Virus record (IMG/VR): IMGVR_UViG_3300008266_000118
DNA: 64,000 nt
Reading direction: 5' to 3' (one strand)
Origin: a virus
In this document: piece by piece, positions 40,601 to 49,493 of the stretch
How the letters are laid out: each line of letters begins with the position of its first letter
Position numbering within the stretch: the first letter of the stretch is position 1
Program-made: the position numbers and the translations under genes
The notes under the pieces: generated by a model
The model's database searches: none
Seen by the model: the letters and a program-made list of their open reading frames with translations, nothing else
Told to the model about the DNA's origin: nothing

Positions 40601-43186
40601 ATCATTATATATTTCAATCTCAAATAAAGGTAAAGAATCAGGGTTGCTAAGTATAGACTCTACCTGCTCCTTTGTTGAAACAACAGGCACTTCGTTACCC
40701 TGAATCTTAATTAAATACACAGGTTCTGAACCTTTTAGTATGTTTTTAATTTCATTCTCTTTTTCTGCTATCAACTCTTTAGCTGCTTGACTAGCTAAAT
40801 CATTTTCGTTTTCTGTCAATAGTTCTTTTGCCTTTTCAATAGCAACAAACTTATTGACCAAAGCAGCCTTCACATTGTCTTCTACGTTTATATTCTGAGC
40901 TTGATTAATTCCGTTTAGAGTATATTTTAATAACGCTTTAGCCTCTTCGTATTGCTTTGAATCTATAGCATCATTATTCCTCATAACCTCTAACATCAGA
41001 TTAGCTTGACTCTCACCGCCCGTCCCTAAAGAAGTCATCAAAGCATTTATCTTTTTATCAATATCAGGAGTATTATTCAACGAAAATAAAGTAAAGCCCT
41101 GTGACATACCTGCACCTATAATGCCTTCTTCTACTGCTTGAGGAGATGTCATATAGTCTAAGTATGATACATCTTTACCCTCTGATTCAGCCTTCGCCTT
41201 TGCTTGCGCCCATCCTTGAGCGGTTTCCTCTAGATATCCACTTCCCGCCTCAATAACTGCCGAGTTTAAAAACTTAAAAGAATCGCCAAATACAGGCAAC
41301 ATTTGAGCTATATTTAAAGGTATAGTGGCAAAGTTGTATTTACCTACAGATGCAGCTATCTCAGAGGCTTCTGAAACAGATTTTCCTTCATTGATAGCAT
41401 CATTGAAAGCACTACCTTGCTCAAGAAATCTTTCAGCTTCCCAACCAATAAGACCACCACCTATTACGCTAGAAATAATTTCAGCCCTACGGGTAGCACC
41501 TAAAGCCTTAACTAGCATACCTGCGCCTGCACCGCCCAACAACCCAAAAGGCATTGTTGCAACGGTAAAGGGGATAGAGCGGACACCATTAGCTATCCAC
41601 CAATCTGTATTAGTAATGTTATCCCAAACACTTCCTTCTGAAAAAACAGGCAATTCATTGTATAGATTAGATTGGGCAACCCAATTCTGAAGCTCTCCTG
41701 TATTTACGCCAACATAAGACAAAGCACCACCGACAGTCCCTGCCACATCTCCCCATCCCGCCATAATAGCTGTTTGCATCTTCTCTACATTACCAAGATT
41801 TGCAAAAGCGGTGGTATTTCTCAATCCCTCTAACCTCATCTCAGAATCAAAGTTCTTTTGGAAGGTAGCTTGGTAGTCCTCTAAATAACCCTTAGGAAGA
41901 CTAGAACTATATTTAGATACCTCCTCTTTGATTCTTTTCTGTGACTTCTCCTTCTCTATGTTAAATTGAGCTTGTACTTTCCTGTTATATCTTGTTTGTA
42001 TATCCTTTACCTGCTCCTCTGTTTCTTGCTTCAACTGATTAAACTTTGGAGCGTACATAGCATTCGTATCACTCTCTAGTTGTTTTCCAATAGCTTCTAA
42101 CTCTTGTTTCATTTGAGCATTAGCAACATCAGATGTCATCTGACCCGATTGAACCAATTGAACGTATTGATTGTACACTTGGTTTTTCTGTTCTTCAAAC
42201 TGAGCGGTGAAGTAGTCCTTCATCTCTAGATTTAAAGCATCAGCATTGCTTTTAACTTTTGAGGTTAAACCATCAACCTCTCCTTTAAACTCAGCGTTGA
42301 TTTCTTTATTGGGTGTCTTAGCTATCTGCTCTAACCTTTGTTGTTCTTGGGATATTGTATTCTTTATGTTCTCTTGAAACATACCCTCTTTTACAACTTC
42401 TCCTTCTTTTGTCTTGATGCCCGTAATCGCTGTTAAAGGAACTTTCTTTTGCTCTTGAAACTGCAAGTCAGTAAGCATTGCTGCGTTCTGAGTTTGAGTC
42501 TTAACTTTTAAAGAAGACAAGGTGTTTTGAACTATACTTTGTTTATCAAAAGAAGAAAGCTCTCTTCCTGTCTCTCTCTTTATCTTTTCAGCATACAGGT
42601 CTACAGCTTTTGATATATTTTTAACATTTGGCGTACCTGCGGGTATAACTTTCTCCCCGTACATGGTAGGCATATCTTTCTGAGAAATAAATAACTCAGG
42701 GTCTTTTTGAACCGTCTCTAATATCCCTGCATTTACCTGTTCTAAGAACTTCTTCCTTTGCTCTCTACTTTCTACAGTAGCAGCTAAGTCTCTAGTACCT
42801 ACAAATTCAGTGCTAACAGGTTTTTCTACCTGAACCTCTAGTTTTGGTAGTTTTCCTGTAGATGCGGATGGAGTAGTACTTTTCGGTGGCTTTGAAGCTG
42901 ATGGGGAAACAGTGCTTGAAGTAAGCGGTAATAAAGGCTCTTCCTCTTTCCCACCAAACGGCTGATTGCCATAAAGTACTTGTTGTTCTTTTTTTTTTAA
43001 GTAGGTATCCTTGATGTAGTTAAACTTTTCTTCTGACAACTCCTCTCCAATGGTTGAATAAAAATTTTTAACAAAATCTTCTTCTTTACCCTTATAGGTT
43101 TCCTCTATATACTTCAACTTATCTTCTGTCAACTCTCTATTTTTAGAGGTGTATAAGTTCTTTACAAATTCATTAAAATCAGGCAT
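37634..43186 (-). CDS. polyvalent giant virion protein (1850 aa): PARP-like ADP-ribosyltransferase plus PolyVal-type HExxH metallopeptidase
   Basis: PARP-like AAWHGSPYEF (nt ~39491-39502) and GWGLYFTD (nt ~39404-39430); HELAHVFEHY zincin motif (nt ~38303-38317); N-terminal tandem peptide repeats; Gly-zipper segment. Confidence 0.6.
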   Translation of the reverse strand: MPDFNEFVKNLYTSKNRELTEDKLKYIEETYKGKEEDFVKNFYSTIGEELSEEKFNYIKDTYLKKKEQQVLYGNQPFGGKEEEPLLPLTSSTVSPSASKPPKSTTPSASTGKLPKLEVQVEKPVSTEFVGTRDLAATVESREQRKKFLEQVNAGILETVQKDPELFISQKDMPTMYGEKVIPAGTPNVKNISKAVDLYAEKIKRETGRELSSFDKQSIVQNTLSSLKVKTQTQNAAMLTDLQFQEQKKVPLTAITGIKTKEGEVVKEGMFQENIKNTISQEQQRLEQIAKTPNKEINAEFKGEVDGLTSKVKSNADALNLEMKDYFTAQFEEQKNQVYNQYVQLVQSGQMTSDVANAQMKQELEAIGKQLESDTNAMYAPKFNQLKQETEEQVKDIQTRYNRKVQAQFNIEKEKSQKRIKEEVSKYSSSLPKGYLEDYQATFQKNFDSEMRLEGLRNTTAFANLGNVEKMQTAIMAGWGDVAGTVGGALSYVGVNTGELQNWVAQSNLYNELPVFSEGSVWDNITNTDWWIANGVRSIPFTVATMPFGLLGGAGAGMLVKALGATRRAEIISSVIGGGLIGWEAERFLEQGSAFNDAINEGKSVSEASEIAASVGKYNFATIPLNIAQMLPVFGDSFKFLNSAVIEAGSGYLEETAQGWAQAKAKAESEGKDVSYLDYMTSPQAVEEGIIGAGMSQGFTLFSLNNTPDIDKKINALMTSLGTGGESQANLMLEVMRNNDAIDSKQYEEAKALLKYTLNGINQAQNINVEDNVKAALVNKFVAIEKAKELLTENENDLASQAAKELIAEKENEIKNILKGSEPVYLIKIQGNEVPVVSTKEQVESILSNPDSLPLFEIEIYNDVKTRASVDEAYSKQNKDAIQESSTVENEISSGDTSARTDVGGAEDGGTSSIIDKREPNKEPVIQEGEAKEEVKSDKGEPAQGEIEFGTAFQVQDATAENTVGKEKGLWGNSQVWRERIENAGDILRELSSRGDKPDVRYLMEKVEKLRDWIAKNKNGYTPIDESVKTIEDFDKSNLKWTDAVDSREYLERFHSSVLDRVRKEYEAIPTYTKEQRLALDLVLDLINNDIKGLESKLNEIEKISNQIKTNGSLPIVVDVKLGKEQPTPTEKAEEAPVKEEEVSEAEVKSVAEVSGVNPKNIRDLYNIGRDLFALNRVQALAQAVVMDKMIGAMAKRKGVEKSEIYKTVQFKKSSEKDLPQGVKMQMAAWHGSPYEFDKFTTEKIGTGEGAQAFGWGLYFTDLKDIAKLYAKKLAKIKFENKELEENSIFDKLFVSLDESNEEFYSWFTGRIFNLAKFKEYLDDISSYYQEQLKIKVDEKHPLVIKMMRDYEYSQDKIEQAKKTLRDFDKNKYNSVYDMFIKAGVSEENAKNGTDIIFKGVEQSRRFLYEAMQYQSSRASKLDKVINFVKNELKSNANYYSYLSKNSDKFNLSRSLYKVSLFKGKEQSEYTWLEWDKPVSEENFYKIKEALIAKGYTIKGDSKYGFDLYSKNGLSLGHYNIAEVGKYFYENIGYVLGGDKAASLFLLENGIDGIKYAAESISRGATSKTARGFNYVVFDENAVSIEESIKFQKDAVKARGAMMVNMDGQAVIYALSDPNVSTPLHELAHVFEHYLTDNEKNEIVESAGTKGWTIETSEFFARGFEKYLSDGKAPSKGLQRLFDKFKEWLTEIYNGIINSDIDIELNEKMENIYSQMLGVDIKKKKQGFPKNVLAIAEETGLSPQQIQNTYAKYDGSKSMEEITVEDYKTARAIGDKAKLENVTKAFDALLQEESAKTAASPTAKKKAEKALKEADKKAIKEAAKIMEHIDEIRDKLQESGVIVSTSCKWGK

Positions 43187-43195
43187 ATTGTTTTG

Positions 43196-44635
43196 TTATA
43201 AATTAGAGTCTACTGTTCCTGCTACAGCTTTTTTCTTTGGAGCTACAGAACCTTTTTTGTTACTAGAAGGGGCAGGGGTTTTTGACTGAAATGGTTTTAA
43301 CCTAAAGACAATCCCATTTTTTCTCAACTCGTTGATAGTTCTTTGTGTTTCTGCACTTTTTTTATCTCCCGCAATCTTACTGAATAACCTATTAAATATA
43401 TCGCTAGTCATTGGTGTTACTACCAATTTATCAGACAAATCACTACGTTTTTTATTATATAAAATCCAACTTGTATTACCATCAGAATATATGCTTTGTA
43501 TATCCCCCTTAACAGGCTTACCTGTTGTTTCGTCTATAAAATCAATTTCACCTAAATCCGATATCTTAACTTTCTTCCAATCGGCTGTTGGGTTTTTAGA
43601 CACTAACAATCTCATAGCTTCAGCACTTCCACTTGCGGAACCACTTTCACCTTTATCTACATTTTGATTGTTATATGTTGCATCATATACCTGTTGAGCA
43701 GGTATACTTTCAATAGGCAATGTTTTGTTACCAATCTTTATACCACCCTCAACGGTAGAAACAAAACTTGCTTGGGTAGGCTTTCCTTTTACGCCAATTT
43801 TTTGTTGATTCAGGTCTTCTATTCTTTGTTTAGTGTACTCAAAAACACCTTGCTCTACAACTTGAGGGTCTCCGCTTCCACCATACTTTTTATCATAGAA
43901 CTTTTGAAAATCAGGGTCGTATAAAACACTTTTCATATAACCCTCTCCACTCATTAAAGCATCAGATGTTACAGCTATCTCATTTGGAGTCATCTTTCTT
44001 TTTACACTGTAATTATCTGTACCCGTAGCAGCATCAGCCAAAGAACCAAAAGTGATATCATTTCTAAGCGCAGATTTCAATACGTTAGAGTATACCTTAT
44101 TCAAATCTGTCGCATCAGGAACTTCAACAATATAATCTCCCAACTGCCCTTTAACAAAAACAGGGGCGTATGCTTTATTAAATTTCGCAGCGTCCTCTTC
44201 TTTACCTGAATTTATTAACTCCCCTACCTTGTTTGCATAATCATACTTCTTAGGGCTTTTCAACTCACTAATAGCATTATCCTTACTTGCAAGATAATCT
44301 CTTAGATAAGTTGCTCTAGCTTTTGATTTTGCCTGAGATTCATAATCCCCACTTTCAAGAGCTAAAGAAAATTCAGTATATAAGTCATTGGCAATCTTTT
44401 CGGCTTCTTTTGCAACGCCTAAGTTTTTAAACTTACCAATATCTACTCTAGAAGCTTTAGCTATAGAGGCAGCTCTAGCTTGTGCTTTAGCTGCTTTAGC
44501 AGCCTCTATTTGCGCTTTCCTTAAATCATTTCTTTCCGCCATCTGAATGCCACGAGTAATATCCATACCCGTAGGAGCATTAGCCCTATTTATGAGCGCA
44601 CCTGCTTCGCCTATACCTGCTGTTGTGTCTACCAT
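43196..44635 (-). CDS. virion-associated protein, hypothetical (479 aa)
   Basis: ORF immediately upstream of the polyvalent protein. Confidence 0.4.
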   Translation of the reverse strand: MVDTTAGIGEAGALINRANAPTGMDITRGIQMAERNDLRKAQIEAAKAAKAQARAASIAKASRVDIGKFKNLGVAKEAEKIANDLYTEFSLALESGDYESQAKSKARATYLRDYLASKDNAISELKSPKKYDYANKVGELINSGKEEDAAKFNKAYAPVFVKGQLGDYIVEVPDATDLNKVYSNVLKSALRNDITFGSLADAATGTDNYSVKRKMTPNEIAVTSDALMSGEGYMKSVLYDPDFQKFYDKKYGGSGDPQVVEQGVFEYTKQRIEDLNQQKIGVKGKPTQASFVSTVEGGIKIGNKTLPIESIPAQQVYDATYNNQNVDKGESGSASGSAEAMRLLVSKNPTADWKKVKISDLGEIDFIDETTGKPVKGDIQSIYSDGNTSWILYNKKRSDLSDKLVVTPMTSDIFNRLFSKIAGDKKSAETQRTINELRKNGIVFRLKPFQSKTPAPSSNKKGSVAPKKKAVAGTVDSNL

Positions 44636-44639
44636 TTAT

Positions 44640-45377
44640 TTAATCTCCAAATGTTTCGTCGTCAAAATCAAACAAAGATGCCTGCCTACTAGCCAATGCT
44701 CGATTAAACCTTGGAGGATAATACCCTCCACTAAAACCTGAACCACCACCTGAAGAATCCATAAGCCCATATGTACCTGCGGTTGTTAAGTCTGAACCCA
44801 AACTATTTAACAAGTTGGTTCTATAAGCTCTTTGACTAGCGATTGCTTGACCTAGCATGTTCTCTTGTTGGAATCTCCTATTAGCAGCCATTCCTACGTT
44901 TTGATTTTGAATACTTTGCATTGTATTAGCTGCACCCATTAAACGTGAGTATGCTGCATTTCTATTCTGCCTAGCTAAAGAAGCGTTCTGCGCTGCAAAT
45001 TGATTGTACTGACCTAGCTGATTAGCCGACAAAGCTCCTGATATGGCTCGGCTCATAGAACCACCGCCAATAGACCTAGCGTTAGCTGCCTGAGTATTCA
45101 AACCTCTTCCAAGGCTTTGCTCAAAACTAGCTCTTTCTGCTCCTGAAAATCCTTGTGGATTAGAAATATCACCTAAAGCACCTGAATAAATTCGAGCGAT
45201 AGCGGGATTTACAGCGTATTGAGGTAAAGCTTGTCTGCCTAAAGCGTCTAACTGTCTTTGAGCCTTTCGTTGTTGCGAATAAGAATCAATAGCTCCAACT
45301 CCTTTTGCAGCTGTTCCTAAACCCATTAATACAAGAGGTAGTACTGCCATAATTTTTTTTATATTATTTACGAACAA
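44640..45377 (-). CDS. secreted/membrane-anchored Q/N/G-rich protein; true start probably Met at 45350
   Basis: signal-like MAVLPLVLMGLGTAAKG followed by a Q/N/A/G-rich low-complexity region with GGGSGFSGGYY; a promoter box overlaps the track start. Confidence 0.4.
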   Translation of the reverse strand: MFVNNIKKIMAVLPLVLMGLGTAAKGVGAIDSYSQQRKAQRQLDALGRQALPQYAVNPAIARIYSGALGDISNPQGFSGAERASFEQSLGRGLNTQAANARSIGGGSMSRAISGALSANQLGQYNQFAAQNASLARQNRNAAYSRLMGAANTMQSIQNQNVGMAANRRFQQENMLGQAIASQRAYRTNLLNSLGSDLTTAGTYGLMDSSGGGSGFSGGYYPPRFNRALASRQASLFDFDDETFGD

Positions 45378-45446
45378 AGATACTTTTTCCTAAGAAATAA
45401 AACAAACTTGCTTTTTTTATTTGGATTTGTCTTTTTTTTAAATATA

Positions 45447-45454
45447 CCTTTGTA
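45447..45454 (+). promoter_or_regulatory. -7 box TACCTTTG for the rightward replication operon
   Basis: TAnnTTTG in the divergent intergenic region 45378-45478. Confidence 0.4.
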
Positions 45455-45478
45455 GCCTAACGCCTAATCAATGCGAAA

Positions 45479-45706
45479 TTGATTATACATATTATGGCTT
45501 ACGAATTAATATTTAATTCTACAGAAAGAAGCGAAACCAATACTAACTTGGTTGTTCGTGTAAATCAGTTTAACGAGGTATCCCTCACAATTACAAATCC
45601 AAAAGACATTGACGAAGCAAAGTCGCATTGTGTTACTTTGGAGAAAACCGCAGCTATCAAGCTAGCTAAAGAACTTAGAAGACAAATTTCTTACTTACAG
45701 GACTAG
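45479..45706 (+). CDS. hypothetical protein (track start is TTG; likelier ATG at 45494)
   Basis: first gene of the rightward operon; TACCTTTG promoter box at 45447-45454. Confidence 0.4.
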   Translation: MIIHIMAYELIFNSTERSETNTNLVVRVNQFNEVSLTITNPKDIDEAKSHCVTLEKTAAIKLAKELRRQISYLQD

Positions 45707-45709
45707 TGT

Positions 45710-46327
45710 ATGATGTATGCTGTCAATCAAGACGGGGTAAAACACCTACCGTCTAAAGAGGGCGATTTCTACTGCCCCTGCTGTGATAGTAAGGTTGTGG
45801 CTAAAATGGGTAGTATCAAAATACACCATTGGTCGCACTTATCTTCTGAAATCTACTGCGAATCTCGCCCGATGTCTGAATGGCATTTGGAATGGCAATC
45901 TCATTTTCCACCTGAGATGGTTGAGGTTTATGTCAACAAGAAAAGAAGGGCAGATGTTCTCTTGCCTAACAATGTTGCTATTGAATTTCAAAACTCTCCT
46001 ATCTCACTAGAAGATGTTCTTGCTAGAAACCAACACCACAAGGATGGAGTAATATGGGTTCACAATTTTATAGAACAAACTCTTAACAAGCAGTTTTTTA
46101 ACAAAACCGAAGTGAAGAAAGGTTTGTATCGTGCCTTATGGAAAAACCCTATCCATCTTTTTGACAGGCAAAGGGTTAGAGGAGAAGAGGTCTACTTTCA
46201 ATTTTCTGAACAAACTTTAGGTAAAGTCTGTTGGGTAGACTACTCAACCAAACCTTACGCATCTTTCTCTTTCTACTTAAAAACAAAGAAAGAGTTTTTA
46301 TCAAACTTTAATTTACAGCCAAAATGA
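45710..46327 (+). CDS. CoiA-like nuclease domain protein
   Basis: N-terminal CPCC cluster and HHWSH ... EWHLEWQSHF region resemble the competence-protein CoiA family. Confidence 0.4.
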   Translation: MMYAVNQDGVKHLPSKEGDFYCPCCDSKVVAKMGSIKIHHWSHLSSEIYCESRPMSEWHLEWQSHFPPEMVEVYVNKKRRADVLLPNNVAIEFQNSPISLEDVLARNQHHKDGVIWVHNFIEQTLNKQFFNKTEVKKGLYRALWKNPIHLFDRQRVRGEEVYFQFSEQTLGKVCWVDYSTKPYASFSFYLKTKKEFLSNFNLQPK

Positions 46328-47025
46328 AAAAGGATACATATTATTTCCCCCACGATTTTAACGCTCACAATGATGAGAAATGTCTATGCCTGATATCCGA
46401 ACTCGGTATGCAGGGTTATGGTCTCTATTGGGCTTTTATTGAAGCTATGCATGAGACATCTGATGGCAGATTAAAAAACAACCTACTCAATGGTTTTTCA
46501 ATTAGGTTCAATACCGACAAAGAAATTCTACTGAAATTTTATAACACTGCTATAGCACTTGAGTTATTTGTTACAGATGGAGAATTTTATTGGAGTGAAA
46601 GAGTTTTGCAAAATAAGGAAGATTTTGACGAAAAAAGACAGAAAAAATCAAAGGCGGGACGGCTTGGAATGCAGGCTAGATGGGCGAAGAATAACAGTGT
46701 TATAACAGATGATAACACAACTATAACAAAACATAACAAAGGAAAGGAAAGGAAAGGAAAGGAAAAGAAAGGAAATGAAAGTAAAGAAAAGTATACCGAT
46801 TTCATCGAGAGTGTTTGTTTGATTACTAGCAAAAACTATAGAGGGGATAAAAAAAGTGAAGCAGCTTTCAATGCTAGGATGAAAGAAGGGTATGAAGTGG
46901 AAGACATTTTAGAGGCACTTGAAAATGCAATCAAGCAAGAGATTCACATCAAAAACAACTACAGATACCTAACGCCTGAATTTATTACAAGACAAGACAA
47001 AATCGAATTATACAAAAACAAATGA
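46324..47025 (+). CDS. DUF4373 (Lin1244/Lin1753-like N-terminal domain) replication-associated protein
   Basis: N-terminal YFPHDFNAHNDEKCLCLISELGMQGYGLYWAFIEAM matches the DUF4373 signature; contains a (GGAAA)5 microsatellite. Confidence 0.5.
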   Translation: MKKDTYYFPHDFNAHNDEKCLCLISELGMQGYGLYWAFIEAMHETSDGRLKNNLLNGFSIRFNTDKEILLKFYNTAIALELFVTDGEFYWSERVLQNKEDFDEKRQKKSKAGRLGMQARWAKNNSVITDDNTTITKHNKGKERKGKEKKGNESKEKYTDFIESVCLITSKNYRGDKKSEAAFNARMKEGYEVEDILEALENAIKQEIHIKNNYRYLTPEFITRQDKIELYKNK

Positions 47026-49082
47026 CAAAAATATCAATATACGAAAACAAGTGGGATACAACGAGCAAGTATACCATCACAATAGAGCAAGCATTAGCCC
47101 GAATTAAAGACGGCAAGCACAAAGATACCATACTCCATTTGCGAGCGATTGAATCGAAGGCTCAGTATGACATGGAGAAAGGTCTTTTGTCGGGTGTTTG
47201 TTTCTCAGGCACGTTTGAATCAAGGACAGATGATGGTCTTATCGAACATAGCGGTATTGCCTGTGTTGATTTTGATAATCACCCCAACGCCATAAAGCTG
47301 AAAGAGGAATTGACAAAAGACGAGTATGTCTATGCCTGTTGGCTCTCTCCTCGTGGAAACGGAGTAAAGGCATTAGTGAAAATCCCTGCGGAAAAGGAAA
47401 ACCACAGAAGATACTACGAAGCTTTGTTTGAAAGATATCCTGATTCAGATAAAACCTGCAAGAACGAGAGTAGGTTATGTTTTGAGAGTTATGACCCTGA
47501 CTTGTACTTGAACAAAGATTCAAAGCTATTCACCAAGTTCATAGAAAAGAAAGTGGTTGAAATGAAGAGAAGGGTTGAGACTGATGACGAAAAGGTTTTT
47601 GAAAAACTCATCACTTGGCAGTATAAGAGGTCTAGCCACTTTGAAAGCGGTAACAGGAATACTTTCATCTACACTTTGGCTTCAGCACTATGCAGGTGCG
47701 GGATTAATAAAAGTTCTGCCGAAAGTATGATAGTGTACAAGTATTCCATTGATAGCGATTTTAGTCAGAGCGAGATGATGACTGCCATCAATAGTGCATA
47801 CAAAACAAATGCCTCTCAGTTTGGCTCTAGAGCTTTTGATAACGAAGAGACATACTACAAGACCGTTGACATCAAGGGAGATATCAAAGCCTACGAGGAA
47901 GAGCAGTTTAACCTGACTGATGTTATCTTTGGGGATACCGAAGGTGTATTGGATGTATACCTGAATGGGTATGGCGCAGCAGAGTCTACATTCTTCCCTC
48001 AGATAGACCCAATATTCAAATGGAAAAAAGGGGATATTTCACTTATGTCGGGTATCGGTAATCACGGTAAATCTTCCTTTACATTGCAGTTGATGTTAAT
48101 CAAGTCAATCTACAACGGAGATAAATGGGCTTTATTCGTCCCTGAAAATATGCCTGCAAAGCTTTTCTACTCAGAGTTAACAGAAATGCTCATAGGTTGC
48201 TCTATAGAACCCGAAAACCCTCATAGACCGCATATATCTCAAATCGAACAAATACAGGAGTGGCTATCAGAACACTTTATCGTTGTTCACCCTGTGCAGA
48301 GCAAGCCAACTCCTGAATACATCAAATCTAAGTTCCTTGGTCTTATCATGAAGTACGGAGTAACAGGCATACTATTCGACCCATTCAACAAACTACTAAG
48401 GGATTATAAATCGGCAGGCGAAAGGGATGATAGGTTTCTTGAGGCTTTCCTGACAGACCTTTCTGTATTCACCAAGCATCACAACATCTTTTGCGTGATA
48501 ATCGCTCACCCAACAAAACTGTCAAAAGGACTAGACGATAAGGACTATCCTTGCCCAAATGTTTTCAATGTGGCAGGTGGAGCTTCTTGGAATAACGCCA
48601 TGGATAATATCGTCTTCTTCCATAGACCATTCAAGATTTCAGAACCAATGAACCCTCTATGTCAATTCACATCTTCTAAGATTAGATGGAAGAAAATTGT
48701 CGGACAAGAAGGTACGGTAGACCTGATGTACAACTTCAAGAAGAGGCGCTTCTACATTGACAATATGAACCCTTTGGAAGGAAATCCATTCAACTTCAAT
48801 ACAGAAATAGTTAAGTTTGATGATATCAAGTCTTCAGTATCTGTTAAAGGGGAGACCACAAACCCTTACGATATGTCGGAAGCCGACCACACCGAGATAC
48901 TAGCAAACTCCTTTGGACTAGAAAGTAGTATGAACAAGAAAGACTTTATGGTAAACATGAAACAGGTGATGCTTCAGTATAAGTACCCTGTCTCTAAGGC
49001 TACTGTGTTCAGGGATTACTATCTAAAAACATCTAAGATAGTCGAGCAAGAAGGCGAGTACGTCATGAATATTTTTGAATAA
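47022..49082 (+). CDS. primase-helicase-like P-loop NTPase (686 aa)
   Basis: Walker A MSGIGNHGKSSF and Walker B-like GILFDPFN in the C-terminal half; N-terminal primase-like region; replication context. Confidence 0.55.
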   Translation: MTKISIYENKWDTTSKYTITIEQALARIKDGKHKDTILHLRAIESKAQYDMEKGLLSGVCFSGTFESRTDDGLIEHSGIACVDFDNHPNAIKLKEELTKDEYVYACWLSPRGNGVKALVKIPAEKENHRRYYEALFERYPDSDKTCKNESRLCFESYDPDLYLNKDSKLFTKFIEKKVVEMKRRVETDDEKVFEKLITWQYKRSSHFESGNRNTFIYTLASALCRCGINKSSAESMIVYKYSIDSDFSQSEMMTAINSAYKTNASQFGSRAFDNEETYYKTVDIKGDIKAYEEEQFNLTDVIFGDTEGVLDVYLNGYGAAESTFFPQIDPIFKWKKGDISLMSGIGNHGKSSFTLQLMLIKSIYNGDKWALFVPENMPAKLFYSELTEMLIGCSIEPENPHRPHISQIEQIQEWLSEHFIVVHPVQSKPTPEYIKSKFLGLIMKYGVTGILFDPFNKLLRDYKSAGERDDRFLEAFLTDLSVFTKHHNIFCVIIAHPTKLSKGLDDKDYPCPNVFNVAGGASWNNAMDNIVFFHRPFKISEPMNPLCQFTSSKIRWKKIVGQEGTVDLMYNFKKRRFYIDNMNPLEGNPFNFNTEIVKFDDIKSSVSVKGETTNPYDMSEADHTEILANSFGLESSMNKKDFMVNMKQVMLQYKYPVSKATVFRDYYLKTSKIVEQEGEYVMNIFE

Positions 49083-49151
49083 AATAAAAAAAAGCTTGCA
49101 TAATATGTAAGATGGGTGTATCTTGCAACCACATTAATAAAATAAAAAAAA

Positions 49152-49493
49152 ATGGAAGCATTATTTGTAACAAAAACAACAGAACGGAGTGGCGAAAAAG
49201 ACGGTAAAGGGTGGCGTGTTTGCAACTTCCTTATTGAAACAAAGGGTAAGTACCCAAAGAAAGTATTATTGGAAGGCTTTAATGCCATTGCCGAAGAAGT
49301 GGATGCTTTAGAAGAAGGTGATGAAATAGAGGTTTTATTTGAGCCTGAAGCTAAAGAGTACAACGGTAAGTGGTACAATTCCATCAAGTGTTTTAAGTTG
49401 GAATTACTGAAGAGTAAAGAGAAGCCAAAGGCTAAAGGCAAAGCGAGTAAAGTCGCTGATACTGAGGATAATACAGATGATTTGCCTTTTTGA
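49152..49493 (+). CDS. small OB-fold-like protein with SSB-type C-terminal tip (DDLPF)
   Basis: acidic C-terminus ending DTEDNTDDLPF mirrors the bacterial SSB C-terminal DDDIPF tail; located after the helicase. Confidence 0.45.
   Translation: MEALFVTKTTERSGEKDGKGWRVCNFLIETKGKYPKKVLLEGFNAIAEEVDALEEGDEIEVLFEPEAKEYNGKWYNSIKCFKLELLKSKEKPKAKGKASKVADTEDNTDDLPF

Noticed and set aside
33178-43186. crAss-like virion RNA polymerase (DxDGD) in the giant proteins
   Set aside because: No DxDGD or other RNAP catalytic motif was found by eye in the 1311-aa or 1850-aa proteins. The ART/zincin motifs point to a polyvalent effector instead.
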